DNA of 64,000 nucleotides from a virus. The DNA is taken from positions 4,156 to 68,155 of IMG/VR virus record IMGVR_UViG_3300030103_003573. One strand, given 5' to 3'. The notes under the pieces were generated by a model, which saw nothing but the letters and a program-made list of their open reading frames with translations, did no database searches and was not told the DNA's origin. The translations under genes were made by a program, and so were the position numbers. Positions 28,654 through 41,700 of the stretch are shown here, piece after piece; position 1 is the stretch's first letter, and each line of letters opens with the position of its first letter.

Positions 28654-29765
28654 TGGCTACCTTCAACCCTATCGCGCCTGACGAAATCTACGGTGCTCTC
28701 CAACCGCAAAACATGGCTGGGGGTATGCGCGGTCAGATGTTTGGACCCGAAGCAATAGCAGGTATGCTACCTACTGATGATATGAATCAGAGGGAGCGAC
28801 AAGCAGCTATGCAGGATGTGCAACAAATGCAGGGCATGTTGAATGCGGCAAGGGCACAGCAGGATAAAGCGGCTATTGACATGGAGAAGTTGCGTATGCA
28901 GCAAGAGTCGCAACGTATGGCAATGCGTGCGGCAGACATCAACGCGAGAAAGTCTTTGTTTGATTTGCAGAAAACTATGGAAGATTCCAAGCGCGAGTCT
29001 GCCATCATGCAAAGGATGCCAGAAGTTTTGAGCCAGCTTGATGCAATCGATAAAGATCCTGAACTTAATAACTTTCAAAAAGCTAGTGAAGCCGCCCGTC
29101 TAAGGGGGCGTTATTCAATGGATATTGGGCAAGTCCCCTCTCTTGGTGGTCTTTTTGATGCCTATCAAACTTCCATCGGATCTAGGAAAGCGAGCGAGAA
29201 AGAAAAGTTCGAGCGCGGATTTAGGTTTGGGCAGGTCGGTTTTGATCCCAACACAACAAATGCTGAGTTTGCAGCGGGGATGCGTAAGCGGACGCAGGAC
29301 AAGGCTGACAAAGCTGAAGCTGCGATAGCGAAAGAAGACGAGTTAACCTTCCTTAAAACAAGAGAGGGTCTTTTCTCAGATATTGAAAAACGTATTATCG
29401 ATTTAGACACGATTGGTGTCCTTGCGGATCCAGTTAATTTAGACGGCTTGGATGAATCAGCCGCTGCTGCTACTGGTTTGGCCGGTGGAGCTAGAGTAGA
29501 TCCGTCTAAGCCAAAAGAATATACACCCGAAGCAAGAGTAGAAGCTGTGGACCTCGCCATCAGGATTGGCACCCTTCAAGGGATGAATAGGGCACAAATA
29601 GAAGAGTTTATTGGTCAGTCTTCTGATATGACTAAGTTTGTGCCTACACTCAAAAGAAAACTTTACGATCTCAAGGTAGAAAATATCAAGAGACAAGGAA
29701 CCATTTTTGGATACAACTCCGAAGCTAACTCCAGTCCTAACAAAATAGGCAACTGGGGGACTTAA
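28653..29765 (+). CDS. Putative internal virion (ejection) protein
   Basis: Gln/Met/Ala-rich coiled coil directly before the giant gene. Confidence 0.55.
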   Translation: MATFNPIAPDEIYGALQPQNMAGGMRGQMFGPEAIAGMLPTDDMNQRERQAAMQDVQQMQGMLNAARAQQDKAAIDMEKLRMQQESQRMAMRAADINARKSLFDLQKTMEDSKRESAIMQRMPEVLSQLDAIDKDPELNNFQKASEAARLRGRYSMDIGQVPSLGGLFDAYQTSIGSRKASEKEKFERGFRFGQVGFDPNTTNAEFAAGMRKRTQDKADKAEAAIAKEDELTFLKTREGLFSDIEKRIIDLDTIGVLADPVNLDGLDESAAAATGLAGGARVDPSKPKEYTPEARVEAVDLAIRIGTLQGMNRAQIEEFIGQSSDMTKFVPTLKRKLYDLKVENIKRQGTIFGYNSEANSSPNKIGNWGT

Positions 29766-29799
29766 TACACATACACCTACATAACCTAGTCTTGCTGCT

Positions 29800-32700
29800 A
29801 TGTCAGAAGAACCGTTTAACCCGCTTGATCGACTCAATCTAACAGGCCCCGATGGGCCTTTGTCTGTCAATAAACTAGAAGTTTCCAGCTACGACGATTG
29901 GTCAAGTGGACAGCCTTCTCAAGATCCTCTTCAGGCCCACCTTGGTTATGGGGATTACCTGCGCGAAGAATACATAAAGAATAAAGGCTACAACGAAGAC
30001 GTTGAAGTTAGTATTCAAAGCGAGTTAGGAGAAGCATTAGCTGCAAAAGGTCTTCTTACAAATGAGAATAGTGATGACGTTGTATCTCAGATAGACGCAT
30101 ACAACGAACCGACACTAGATCAAAAAGTGCGTGACATGGTAGCGCACACTTCGCTGGGGCAAGATGAGTGGCACAACGGAAACGCATACCTTGAGAGAAA
30201 CGAGGGTGCCAAGACGCCTGAACAGATCCAGCGGTTGGCGGAAAACGCTCTCGCTTCTGTCAACGCTACGCGAAACGATGTGCTTCAAGCAAAGCTAGAT
30301 GCAGGTGAGATTAGTTTTGGACGCTTTACTGACGCTCAAGGGAACAGTTTCATCAAGGCGGGTGACTCTGCTATGGATTTACCATTGCATGAAGCCTTGC
30401 GTAAATCAAAAGAAGCAGGGGGTGGTGTCAGTCTTAGTGACGCAATAGGCATTGAGCAGGTTGGTTTGCTGAAAGTAGCTGATGGGGTAAATATCCCACG
30501 CTACAAAATGATGCAGCTTGGTGAAGTTGAGAGCTTGATTAGATCTGAACTTGCTAACGATGATGACTTATCCATCCAGTTAGAAGCCATTGGTAAAAGA
30601 ATGGCTGAAAGAGACTATAGTTCTTTTGATCATTTTGAAGAAGGGTTCAGGAAGAGAGTAGCACAACCTATCAGGGCCGGACTTGAGACTGTCATTGGCG
30701 TGATTGGGGATTCTAAGCCTTCTGGGGTAGCACGCGAGAAAGCTATTGATCAGGCGATGCTCGATGACATCGACTCGACTGTCATGGGTATCGCTAAGAA
30801 GTTTAATAAAAACCCAGAAGACGTTCGATTAGCTATTCAGGAAATCGCCGTCCAAAACGCGCCACTTAAAGTATTTAAGGATAAAGATAAACTAGCTCTC
30901 AACATACGGGATGACGGATATGGACTGCCTTTTGTTCCTATCGGCGTCAAACTCGATGACGATCTGTTTGAAAAGTCCCTTGCTGCAAGGACTGATCTTA
31001 CCGAAGCAACAAAGAAAGCTATTACCGCAGAACGGGATTTCTTTGCTACAAATCACTTTAGTAACATTTCAAATATACTTGCGAACTCAGATCTTTCTAA
31101 GAAGTGGTTAGAGCATTTGAATGCCGGACGCGCAGCTAAAGTTTCTGACAAGGAAATCCTATTCTCCTTTACGTCAAACGAAGATAACAAGCCGTATTTA
31201 GATCTTCCTATCTTTGGTGACCTTTACCTCAAAGGTAGTGATATTACCCGCCCGTTTTCGACTGCGTTCTCAACAGTTTTTGCACTGTCAGGAGCAGACT
31301 GGGCCAAGAAACATTTGGCTAACGTAGCCGATGATCAGAACAACCGGAGAGAACTGGCTGAACTTTTTGGTGGTAAGCTGGGGATGGCTCAAGATCTCGC
31401 AACATTGATTCCTGAAGTCACTGTAGATATCGCGGCCACTGCTCTCCTGTCTAGGTTCGGAGGAAGAGCATTAGCAACCAAAGCTGCTGCTGTAAAAGCA
31501 CCGCTCTACGCGAGCATGACAAAGAAGGGTGTCCTAAAAGCACTGACAACAAATGCTTTTAGGCGTGGTGCAGGAGAGAGCACTGAACAACTTGCTGAAA
31601 AACTAGCGTCACAAAACCTGATCCGTAGTGCTACCAGCAAAACAGCACTAGAAGCCCTTGAAGCTTACAACAAAGTAAACCTGAAGAACTTAACTGTAGG
31701 CGCTATTGGACTTACAGCGGCGAACAGATCTTCTGGGGCAACATATGGAACCGTTTACAATTCCATGTTGAAGTCTGGAGCTACTGAAGAAGTAGCGCAT
31801 GACAGAGCACTGGGAACTGGCATGGTTGCAGGTGCTGTCACCGGATTAGTCACAGGTGGGTTCTCCTACTTTGGTCGTGGTGGTATGGAAGATGCCCTTT
31901 TGAGCGGTATGTCCTACCGCAATATGAAAACTGTCACTGAGCGTATTGTTCAAAAAGCACCTTACGCACAATTAGAGGGCGTGTCCGATGCTGTTTTCCA
32001 ACAGGCAATCAAAGAATCTACGAAAGCAGTTCTGAAAGGTAACTTTTTTGGTAAGTCGTTTGTCAAAGCGGGGGCTGAAGAATTTGCGGAAGAGTCAATA
32101 GATGAATTTATAAACACCTTTGTTACGGATGCAGGTCTTGAACAAGACACTCCGTTCTTTGATCACCTCAAACACTCTCTGTATGCAGGAACACTTGGGG
32201 GTATCTTGGGTGCTGGCGCTCCAGCGGTGAACGCAGCCGCAAGAAGACTGCGACCTGATCTTGTGGGAGACCTTATTCAAGACGCTACCCTTGAGCAGAA
32301 CCTAATCAACGATATTACAAACCGGCTTAGGGAAGCCAACAGTAGTGTTACCGCTGATGTTGTCCGTGATATTCTCACCAGAGACCTCACTCCTGACGCA
32401 GTTAGAACTCCAAGTCAGGAAGATATTGATGCACAAGAACTCGCACAGCAGGACGATAGCGAGGAGGTAAAACAACAAGCGCAGTTCCTTCTTGAGATCA
32501 TGCGGTCAACTCCCGAAGACCAGATCCAAGAAGAAGTTGATGCTGTGAGGCAACAAAGAAGATCCAGAAAATACAGATCTGCTTACGCGCATAGTTCATT
32601 TGGAAATGAGATGGCGTATAGAGAAGATTTAGCGCAGCCTGTTATTATAAACGAGAAGGGTGAAGTGTCTGACTTGGCAGGTGTCGGGCTTACTCTAAGG

Positions 32701-35700
32701 ACAGCGGAAGGGATAGACGAGTTTGATTACGCAGAGATGGGGATCGCTGTAGAAGATCTACCCAGATTGGAGAAGTTGATTCGTGCCAATCCAGATATCC
32801 TAGCGATGCCTGATTCTGAGTGGGCAACTTATGACCCAGATTTTACCGCCGAAGTTGGCGACTCTGGTGTAAGAGATTTTCGCACCCTTGATTTAACAAA
32901 CAAAGGTTTCTTAACAGAGGCAGAATACGTTCAACTGGGCAGACTGCGGGACAGAAACAAAATTTTCTACGCTGGAGATGACACTGTTTACGAAACGATG
33001 CCAGCGGAGGCAGTTCAACAAGCGATTAGAGAAAGCAAGAAAGTAGAATTTAAGAAGCCAACAAGCCAGATTGAGACTGATGAGTTCTTCACGGCTTATC
33101 GAGTTTTTGAAACAGTCAACCAAGGTGGTGGACAGCAAGAAGTATTCGTCAGGCAGCAATACTTAACTAGAAAAGAAGCAGAAGAAAATGCTGCTGTTCA
33201 AATGGAGTTTGGTGGACAGCCTTCTGTAGAAGAGTTCCAAGCAAAGTCTAAGGTTAAGAGGGTAGATGATGACGGCAATGAAACTATAGTAGATCACCCG
33301 CTATTGGTTAAGAAAGCCCTTAGAAAAAAAGGACCGCAAAAACCTGATAAAAAAGAAAAGCGTTCAAGAACAGTTACCAAGTATGAATTGGTAACCAAAG
33401 GCGTGGTCGATACTGAGCAGGTAGTGGAAGAGTCTGTAGCCCCCATTCCAAAGGTGGGAGATACCATTAAGTATTTAATGGGGAAAAATTCCAAGATGAC
33501 AGAAGAGGCAACGGTTACTCGAATCGAGTATCCCGTGGTGAAGGACGCGGAAGGAGAAGTCGCGTTTGAAGCGATGGACCCAGATATTTATGTGCAATCG
33601 GAATTTGGAAAAGATTTAGAAGAAGAGGTTCCGAGGGAACTGATCATCACGGGTAGGAAACAAACTACCAAAACCAAAATTAAAGGGAAGAAGGGCGCTG
33701 ATAAAGTGCTTGGAACTTTTGATACTGAAGCTCAAGCAAAAGCTGCGGCAAAGAAAAAGTATCCCACAAGCTTTGAGGCAAAAACCTTTGTCCGTAAGGT
33801 AACTAAGTCTGATAACGAGACAGCTTCTGTTGAGGATACTGTTAGCCAAGCTACTGACGAAGATGGTGATCCTGTGATCGATAAGGTCCACGAAGAGCTG
33901 CTTAATCAGATTGCTACATTTAACATTAAGGTTCGCAACGCGGACGGCACTCCAAAGTTATCTAAGGAAGCCGCTACCAAGAAACTCGCAGATCTTCTTG
34001 AGAAACAAGAAGTCAAGGAACAGAAAAAAGAACTCACAGCGCAGGAGAAGTTTGAAGGCGCTATCAACAAGGTCAACAAGTTAGAATCTAATGGCAGTGT
34101 TAGTCCAGAAACGGCTGAACTCACTAGAGGGAAAATATTAGGTAAGCGTCTCAGGACTCTTACAAGGCAGAACAAAATAGAAGAAGCCAAGAAATTAGTA
34201 GCCGATACTATCGCTGCTGGGAAACCTGCTTACATCTACAACAGTAACAGTAAAAGTCTCAGGGAGGCTAAGATAGATGAAAAGACTGGAAAGGTTGCCT
34301 TTAAGAAAGGCTCTCGTCCTGTGTTTGTAGAAAACATTGCTGGAGAGAAAGTCTTCATTACGTCAACCAAGGTCAACGGGAAGATAGTGTTCCATAAGGT
34401 CGGAGAGAAACCGGCAGATCCTGCTGGTGCTGGTCTTGTTTTCAGAAAAAGAGAAAACTTTGTTAAGTTCTTAGAGGCTGGGCTTGATATTACTGACCCC
34501 TCTAAGACGGTAAACTGGGCTGGTAACGTCACAGCAAGTGAGCTTGAAGCGTTAAATAGAATTGTAGAAAATGGCTTACCTGTAATTGGTGGCATGAGTG
34601 TCGAAGGAGGAAGAACCTTTGGCGTTGATACCAAGCGAAGAAACAAGAAGCCGTTCTACAACAGGATGCGGCAGGTAATAGCCGAGCGGATATACAACCT
34701 GTTCCCTGTTATCAATGTGCAGAGACCTGTAAATGGCAAAGCTATCTACGCACAAACTGCATTGACCGCTTACTCTCCGTGGGAGTTTGTAAAGACTCCA
34801 GCAGGACGAAGACTAGCAGCGAAGAAAGCAAGGACTGCCTCGCTTCGACCTACAAATATCGGGGGTGTGTTCAGGGCGATTGCGGAAGCCGTTCCTTTCA
34901 TAGAACTGGATAAAAACAATAAGCCAAAAGCTCATAAGCCCGTTGCGTTTATTGACGAAAACAATGAGGGAGTCTTTGACAACGATCCAATATCCATGAA
35001 GGTTCTCTTGGAAGAGGGCTACAGTGTTTATTTCCCAGATGATTTTGTCGGGAGGCTAAACCCAGCATTCCGATTTGTGCAAATTGGAGCACGCCAAAAG
35101 TTGGTAGACATCAGGGGCGTTGGTTACACAGGAGATATAAGCAGCGTTAAGCAGCGGAAGGCTGTGGTTGGCGACATAAACGTAGAGAGCTTTAAGAAAA
35201 GGGTAGCGTTTGCATCTAAGTTTCTACGTGGTGGAACCGCACAAGATGTTGAGATTGATGATCCGAACAAGAGGGGTAGCAAGACTACCCTCCGTCAAAT
35301 GTTGGATGATCTTGTCCACACGGTGAACAACGCTTTCTTAGCTGAAACTTTTGATCCTACGGTTGAACCGGATGCTCCTGTAGAAAGCACATTTAAGTTT
35401 AGAGCTGATGAGCTTAAGGAGTTAGACGCAAGTTTAGATAGGGCGAACAAGCGTTTGGTAACTGGCACTCCTGAAGAGCAAGAACAAGCAGCACGACAAA
35501 TAGAAACGGTAAGAGACAGAAGAGATCGATTCTATGAAGACCTACGTGTTGATGTCTTGAAAGAAGCTAAAAAGATATCTGACCCTGAAATCGAAACACG
35601 TATTGCTACCTACGAAAATCTTTTGTTCGAGCAAAGGACTTTTCAAGAAAGGTTAGGTCTGGATCTTAGCGCAAAGGAAGTTGCCGTTAGTCAAACAGAG

Positions 35701-38700
35701 ATAGACGCTAACTATAGGATTATAGAACAAGCGGTATTTAAGAGGGAAGCAATCGCACGTAGTGAAGCTGTTCGTGTAACGCAAGATCCTCAGTTGGCAC
35801 TTAAGAAAGTGCAGAGTTTCTTTAAGGATAGACACGGACGGCTTCCTTTAACTGATACTAATTTTCAACTAGCATCCCGTATATTACAAACTGAGTATGC
35901 TAATGAGATTTTGTTTTATCAGCTTAAGCTTCAGTTATCCGATCCTAAAATATCTGAGGTAGAAGAAAATGGGGCGCTTGTAATAAAGGAGGCGCAGATA
36001 GAAAAAGCTATTGACCTATTTCTAAGAAGTGTAAACCCAACCGCTGGAGCAAACCCTAAAGCTAAAAAAGGAAGCGACTACAGAGGGTTGAAGTATAACG
36101 AGAACAATAAGGTAACCCGACAAAGTAAGATAGAGTTTGCTTACTACATCTTGAATTCTCAAATTGACCAGCGCGTTGATAAGGTAGAGAAAGGAAGTAA
36201 CTACCAAAAGGTATTCAAGAACTACTTTGAAGAACGTATCCTTATGCGGGATGGATTAAGCACGCGGGATCGTATGCCTTCCTACGCCGATGTAGGTCAA
36301 AAAATTGCTGACAGGATTCTTAATCAACAAAAGAGAAGGGGTGGTGTTGAAAAAGAAAACCCATTTAATTCCGAGAACGCAACAACGCCTGATGAAATAG
36401 ATGCGCTCAACTTGGACATGGACCATTTCGTTGAGATGCGAATGGGGGTAGGAGAGGTAGACTCCTTATTAGAAAAAGTCCAAATGGATGTTGTTGATAT
36501 CATCAACCAAGATCCTGCTTTGGAGCAGCAACTGGATGCCCTTTTGAAACAAGGGCCATTCGCACTTAGCACAAGTAATTTCTATCTGACACTAACGCTC
36601 GAAGAGAAATGGGCAGAGCTTGTTGCGTTCAGCAGACAAGGAAGCATGGAGGGGAATTCAGCTCCTATCGCGTTCTTGCAAAACATACGTAAGCTCAATT
36701 CTCCAGCAGCCGTTAAGCTTCACAGAGCGTTGCGTCTTTTCAATATTGGTAACTTGGAGTTTGGTAATAAGAATCCATTTATTCTTGATAAGAATTACGA
36801 GAGGTTTGAAACCGATCAGGAAATCAAAGATGAATTTGGTGCTTCAGCAGGACAAGAAATCGGAGGTGCTGTAAGAAGCAGAGAAGAACTTCTTAATTTT
36901 GCTGACGAGATAATTGATGCAAGGAAGTATGTGCGATGGCTGACCGATGAGGTAAGGGCAATAGAAACTGATAAGGGTAAAACCATTACTGACGAAAGAG
37001 CTAGAGCTAAGGCAGCTAGTCTCCATAAAACCATTAAGGCTTACAGTTCACATAAGAGCTTTTTCTTTGGTTCTTCTGTTCAAAATGCAGTGGATCGTGC
37101 CGTCGCAATAGATAGCAATAGAAGGGTAGCTGTTGAGCTTGGACTTAAAGAGGGCAGAAACGATCCAGAAACAATTATAAATGCGCTCAAGAAAATTGCT
37201 ACCGACGATTCACTAAGTGAGTCGCAACAAAACGCAGCAAAGATTCTTCTGTTGAAGCCATCATATTTTGAATTCATACTTGATCAGGGTGGTGGGACAT
37301 ATGCGGGTATGGCTAGAACAAAAGACAATGGTCGCATTGAAGTCGTTTTAGACATAGCAGGATATAATGGTCGTGGTCTTGTTGATGTTCTTTTGCATGA
37401 ATTGTTTCACGCTTCACTGTTGGATTCTTTGTCTATCGACATCAACTCGACATCGAAAACGCAAAGGGATGCACGCTTTGCAATAGGCCAGAAGATTCGT
37501 GAAGTCCGTGAGAAGGTTGGCAACACAACAACCGAACTTACAGATGGCCTTAAGAATGTTCAGGAGTTCGTGTCGAACATGATGAACAATACGAAGTTTC
37601 AAGATTACTTCAGGGGTCAGGTGGGCAACCCAGAATTTAAGAAGGTTGTTCAAAATCTATTTAAGGTGCTCGACCCGCAGAGAAGTAAATTGCGGAAGGA
37701 ATTCAAAGACGCCTTTTACGATGTTGTTGACTTGCAAGGATACCAAGAGTCCACACCTATCACTCTGGCTGGTGTCAGGCAGGAGGCAGTAAACGCAGCC
37801 GTTGCCGAGATGGAAGAGTCAGACTCATTCAATGCTGCTTTCAAAGCTGTCACAGGACAAGAAGGGGATATAGACACAGAGACCGCTAGTCCTTTGGAGC
37901 TGGAGGACATTGCGATAAGGGCGGCAGAACTAAAACAACTTGTCGGTATCAAGATACCTTCTGAGATCAGGGTTGTATTCAGCACGCTGGCTGGTGGTCG
38001 CGTAGCTAATTTTGATCCTGCTACTAACACGATTACTTTCGACGCTAATAACGCTGCGATTGGAACATTGAACAGGGGCATGGATTCATTGCGAGCTGCT
38101 CAGATGGTGTCGAAGATACTACGCCATGAGCTTGCACACAAATCAGCTAAGTCTGCACTGACTCCTGAAATGATTCAGCGTGTGATAGATGGTTCTTCGC
38201 TGCAAGACTTTAAGAATGACATAGACAACTACTATGGGAAGGGAACTCCAGAAGCAGAAGCTGCTCTTGCCAGATTAAATGATCCGTCAAAGGCAGCGCG
38301 TGAGAAGGAAGTCCTAGTCCAAGAGAGGCTGGCCGATCATGTTGAGCGTGCGATTGGTGGGTTCAGTTCTCAAGAGTATGAAGCTTTCTTAAGGGCAAAC
38401 AAATCGCTGCTGGGAGTGGTATCATTCTACTTCAAGTCTTTTATCAATAAGTTCATAAGGGCTTTGGGAGGTGGCGTAGGTCAGCTAACAGCAGATGAAA
38501 GAATCGCAGTAAACAGGATGCTTGTTGAGCTGCGCGGGATTGAGCTGGGCTACCGTGCGCCAAGTCCCGTGTTCAATCCTGATGCAACCCCTCAAGAATC
38601 ACTCAACCGTTTCTTGGTTGTTGCCACTGGCGTAGACGCACAGGAGTTTATTGAGGATCAAGGAGCAACTAACCTGCTTCCACAAGTGGGTGCTGATTCA

Positions 38701-41700
38701 CAGGTAGATCAACCACGGGCGACCGCATCTACAATGGCCACGCCAAGGGAGCTAGATGGAGTTGATAAGGAATTTGCTGACCTGCTTTCCGAAGCAGATG
38801 TTGCACCTGACTGGCCTTACTTCAAATCTGAACTACAGAAAGCCCAAGACTTGTTTGAGGCACAGGCGGCAAGGATAACTTTGGATTCATTCCAGCAACT
38901 TGCCCACAGCGTGTTTGTTAAGCAGGTTGGTGACGGCTCTATCCTGAAAGGACAAACTGAGTTTGACAAAAAGAAGGATGAGTTCGCAAAGCTTGATCCA
39001 ACCTTAGAGGTTAAGGATGAGGAGACAGGAGAGACCCGAACAATACCAAATGAAAAGTATCAAGAGCTAAAGGAATTCTTTGAACAGAGAGAACAACTGG
39101 CTCAGAAGATGTTTGATTCGTGGAAGGTTGCAGCCAAGCTCGATCAGCCTGTTAACTTAGAAGACCGCACTCCCTTAAGTGAAAGATTCAATTTCAACTT
39201 AAACACTTCCGAGGGTAGCCCACCGATCCCTGACACTGATGCACTGCTCAAGATGCTGGGCAAAGATCTGGAACTCAAGTCGCAAGACCCAAGTCTCGAT
39301 GACGATGGACGTTTGTATTCTAGTTTCAGAGCAAAGAGCAGGTCCGCTAAAGACTCTGAGTTTGACGCATTTGATTTCAACTACACAGAATTATTCGATC
39401 AGTTCAACCTACCAGTGTTAGAGGTAGGGGATGTCGAGGTGTATGGGAAAGGCTTTATCAATAAGATAAGAAAGTTCGTTAACACTCACGCAGTCGGATT
39501 GTTGCAGCCTGAAGTTCATCACTGGTTGAAGCACCGGCAGGGGATGACGAAGGGATTGAGTCAGGAGCTTATGCTGATTCGTTCAAAACTAAAAAGCCTC
39601 ACGGATAAAGTTTATCCTGATGGTGTCCCTGTTGATGAGAACGGTGTGTCACTTGTGCAGAAAGCTAGTGGTTCTACAGAAGGTGTGTTCATCTCAGATG
39701 AAGCACGGAAAAGAATTGATGACCAATACGAAGCCGACATGGTTGCGGCATGGACAGAATCACATCAAGCATCTCTCGATGGCACCGAACCCGCCACTAA
39801 GATCAAGGCTGATTTCGATGCAGCTTTGGAAGCCGCGAAAGCTAACCAAGAACTAGAGACACAAGTAGAACTTGGTAGGAGGAGAGATCAGTTGAAAGCT
39901 GAGAGGAATGAGGCGATCCAAAGAATCGCTCAAGACTCTAAAGAACTTTCTAACGCAATAGAAAAGCTAGGTGAGTTCCGCAACAAGATGTCAGAGAAGT
40001 TGCAGGAGATTCACAACGAGTCAGGGAAGTATGATCTTAAGATAGATCAGAACAACGACATTTACCTGACCCGTGCATACAGAATGTTCCTAGACGTTGG
40101 CTATGCCGATGCAGTCAGGAACAGTCCTGAGTATAAGAAGGAAAGAGATGCCGCCATTGCTTACTTCGAGAGCGTTCACTTGGAGATTGAGAAGAAGATC
40201 ATGATGCAGAACAACCCGCAGATGACACCGACAGAAGTCGAGAGTGCCATCAGGGATGACATGCAACGGAGACACATCGGCAAGCGTGCGCTTGAAGCAT
40301 TCATCTCTACTTACGATAGAGGGTCGAACGTGAATTACTTTGGCGCGGAGGAACAGATCAAAGCTTTGGTGGACAACCTGAAGGCTAAGAAGAATATTCC
40401 TAAAGAGCTTAGGGATATCCTTGGAGAGTTGAAGGACACTAACTTACCCGACAACTTGCTGAGAACTATAATGGTTGTTGGCAACATGGCAGCTAATCAA
40501 TCTTTCTTGAACGCTGTCGCAAAGGCAGGACTAAAGACGGAGGATAATCCAGACGGCTGGCTCTTTACTGAAGAGCAGATTGCTGGTGTGGACAACCCAT
40601 CTGACTATGCAAAACTTGTAGAAGGATCAGAGTTCAATTCTGATTTCAGTCCACTCGCAGGGCTATACGCAAAAGTAAATACAGCGAACGCATTCCGTGA
40701 GACATTCAAAAGGCACGGGACTATTGTAGCCAACCCATCGGAGCAGCTATTTGAAAATGGCTTTAAGTATTTTAGGTGGCTGACTGGATTGTCTATGGGT
40801 CTCAAGACTCTGGGTTCAATACCATTCTACTATCGGAACGCCATCGGTAACGTGTTGTTCTTTGGCCCGATGCAGGTTGGCTACATAAATATCTTTAACG
40901 TGAAGAGCGCGGGAGACCTTGTGAATGCGGGACTCCATAAAGACTTTGCAGTAAACTTCCTTAAGGAGTCGAAGAGAAACTTCCTTGGAGACAAGGCAAA
41001 GCTAAACGAATACATTGCTAAACTTCGCGTGCTACGTCTGGTCGGTGATGAATCGCACACAAATACTTTCAAGCAGTTGATGACTGGTGAAAGGGATATT
41101 GATTCTACCCTTGAAGATTTCGAGTCCATCATCCAAGGGAAGGAAGGTGACCTTAGCTTAGAAGGTAAAGTCTCAAAGGCGATAGGCGCAACAAGCAGGG
41201 CGGTGAGTCGGAGGGGAAAGATAATCGGGACAGACTTAGCACCAAGGATGGCTGCTGCAATGGACTCCTTCTACAAGATGTCCATGTTTGAGTTTGAACT
41301 TAAACACTTAAAGGCTGCTCAAGAACATGACAGGAAGATGAATCCTGATTCGACACTAGCAAAGCAGACTGACGATCAACTCCAGAAAGATGCAGCGCAG
41401 AAGGTTCTCAGGACAATGCAGTCTTATTCACAAGCACCGCCGATAGCGAGAGCGGCAAGCCGATCCGTTGCCGGTGCGCTGTATGCTCCTTTCGTCAGGT
41501 TCCAAGCTGATGTGATAAGGGTGATGTGGAACACTCCCAAGATAGCATTGGAGGAAATAAACTCTGGCAACCCCATCCTCAAAAAGAGAGGCGTGCAAAG
41601 GTTTTCTGGTTTCGTGCAAACGGCAGGGTTAGCTTCTTTAGGTTTGCCAGTGTTGCTTAGAACTATCTTTGGAATAGGTGATGATGAAGATGAAGCATTG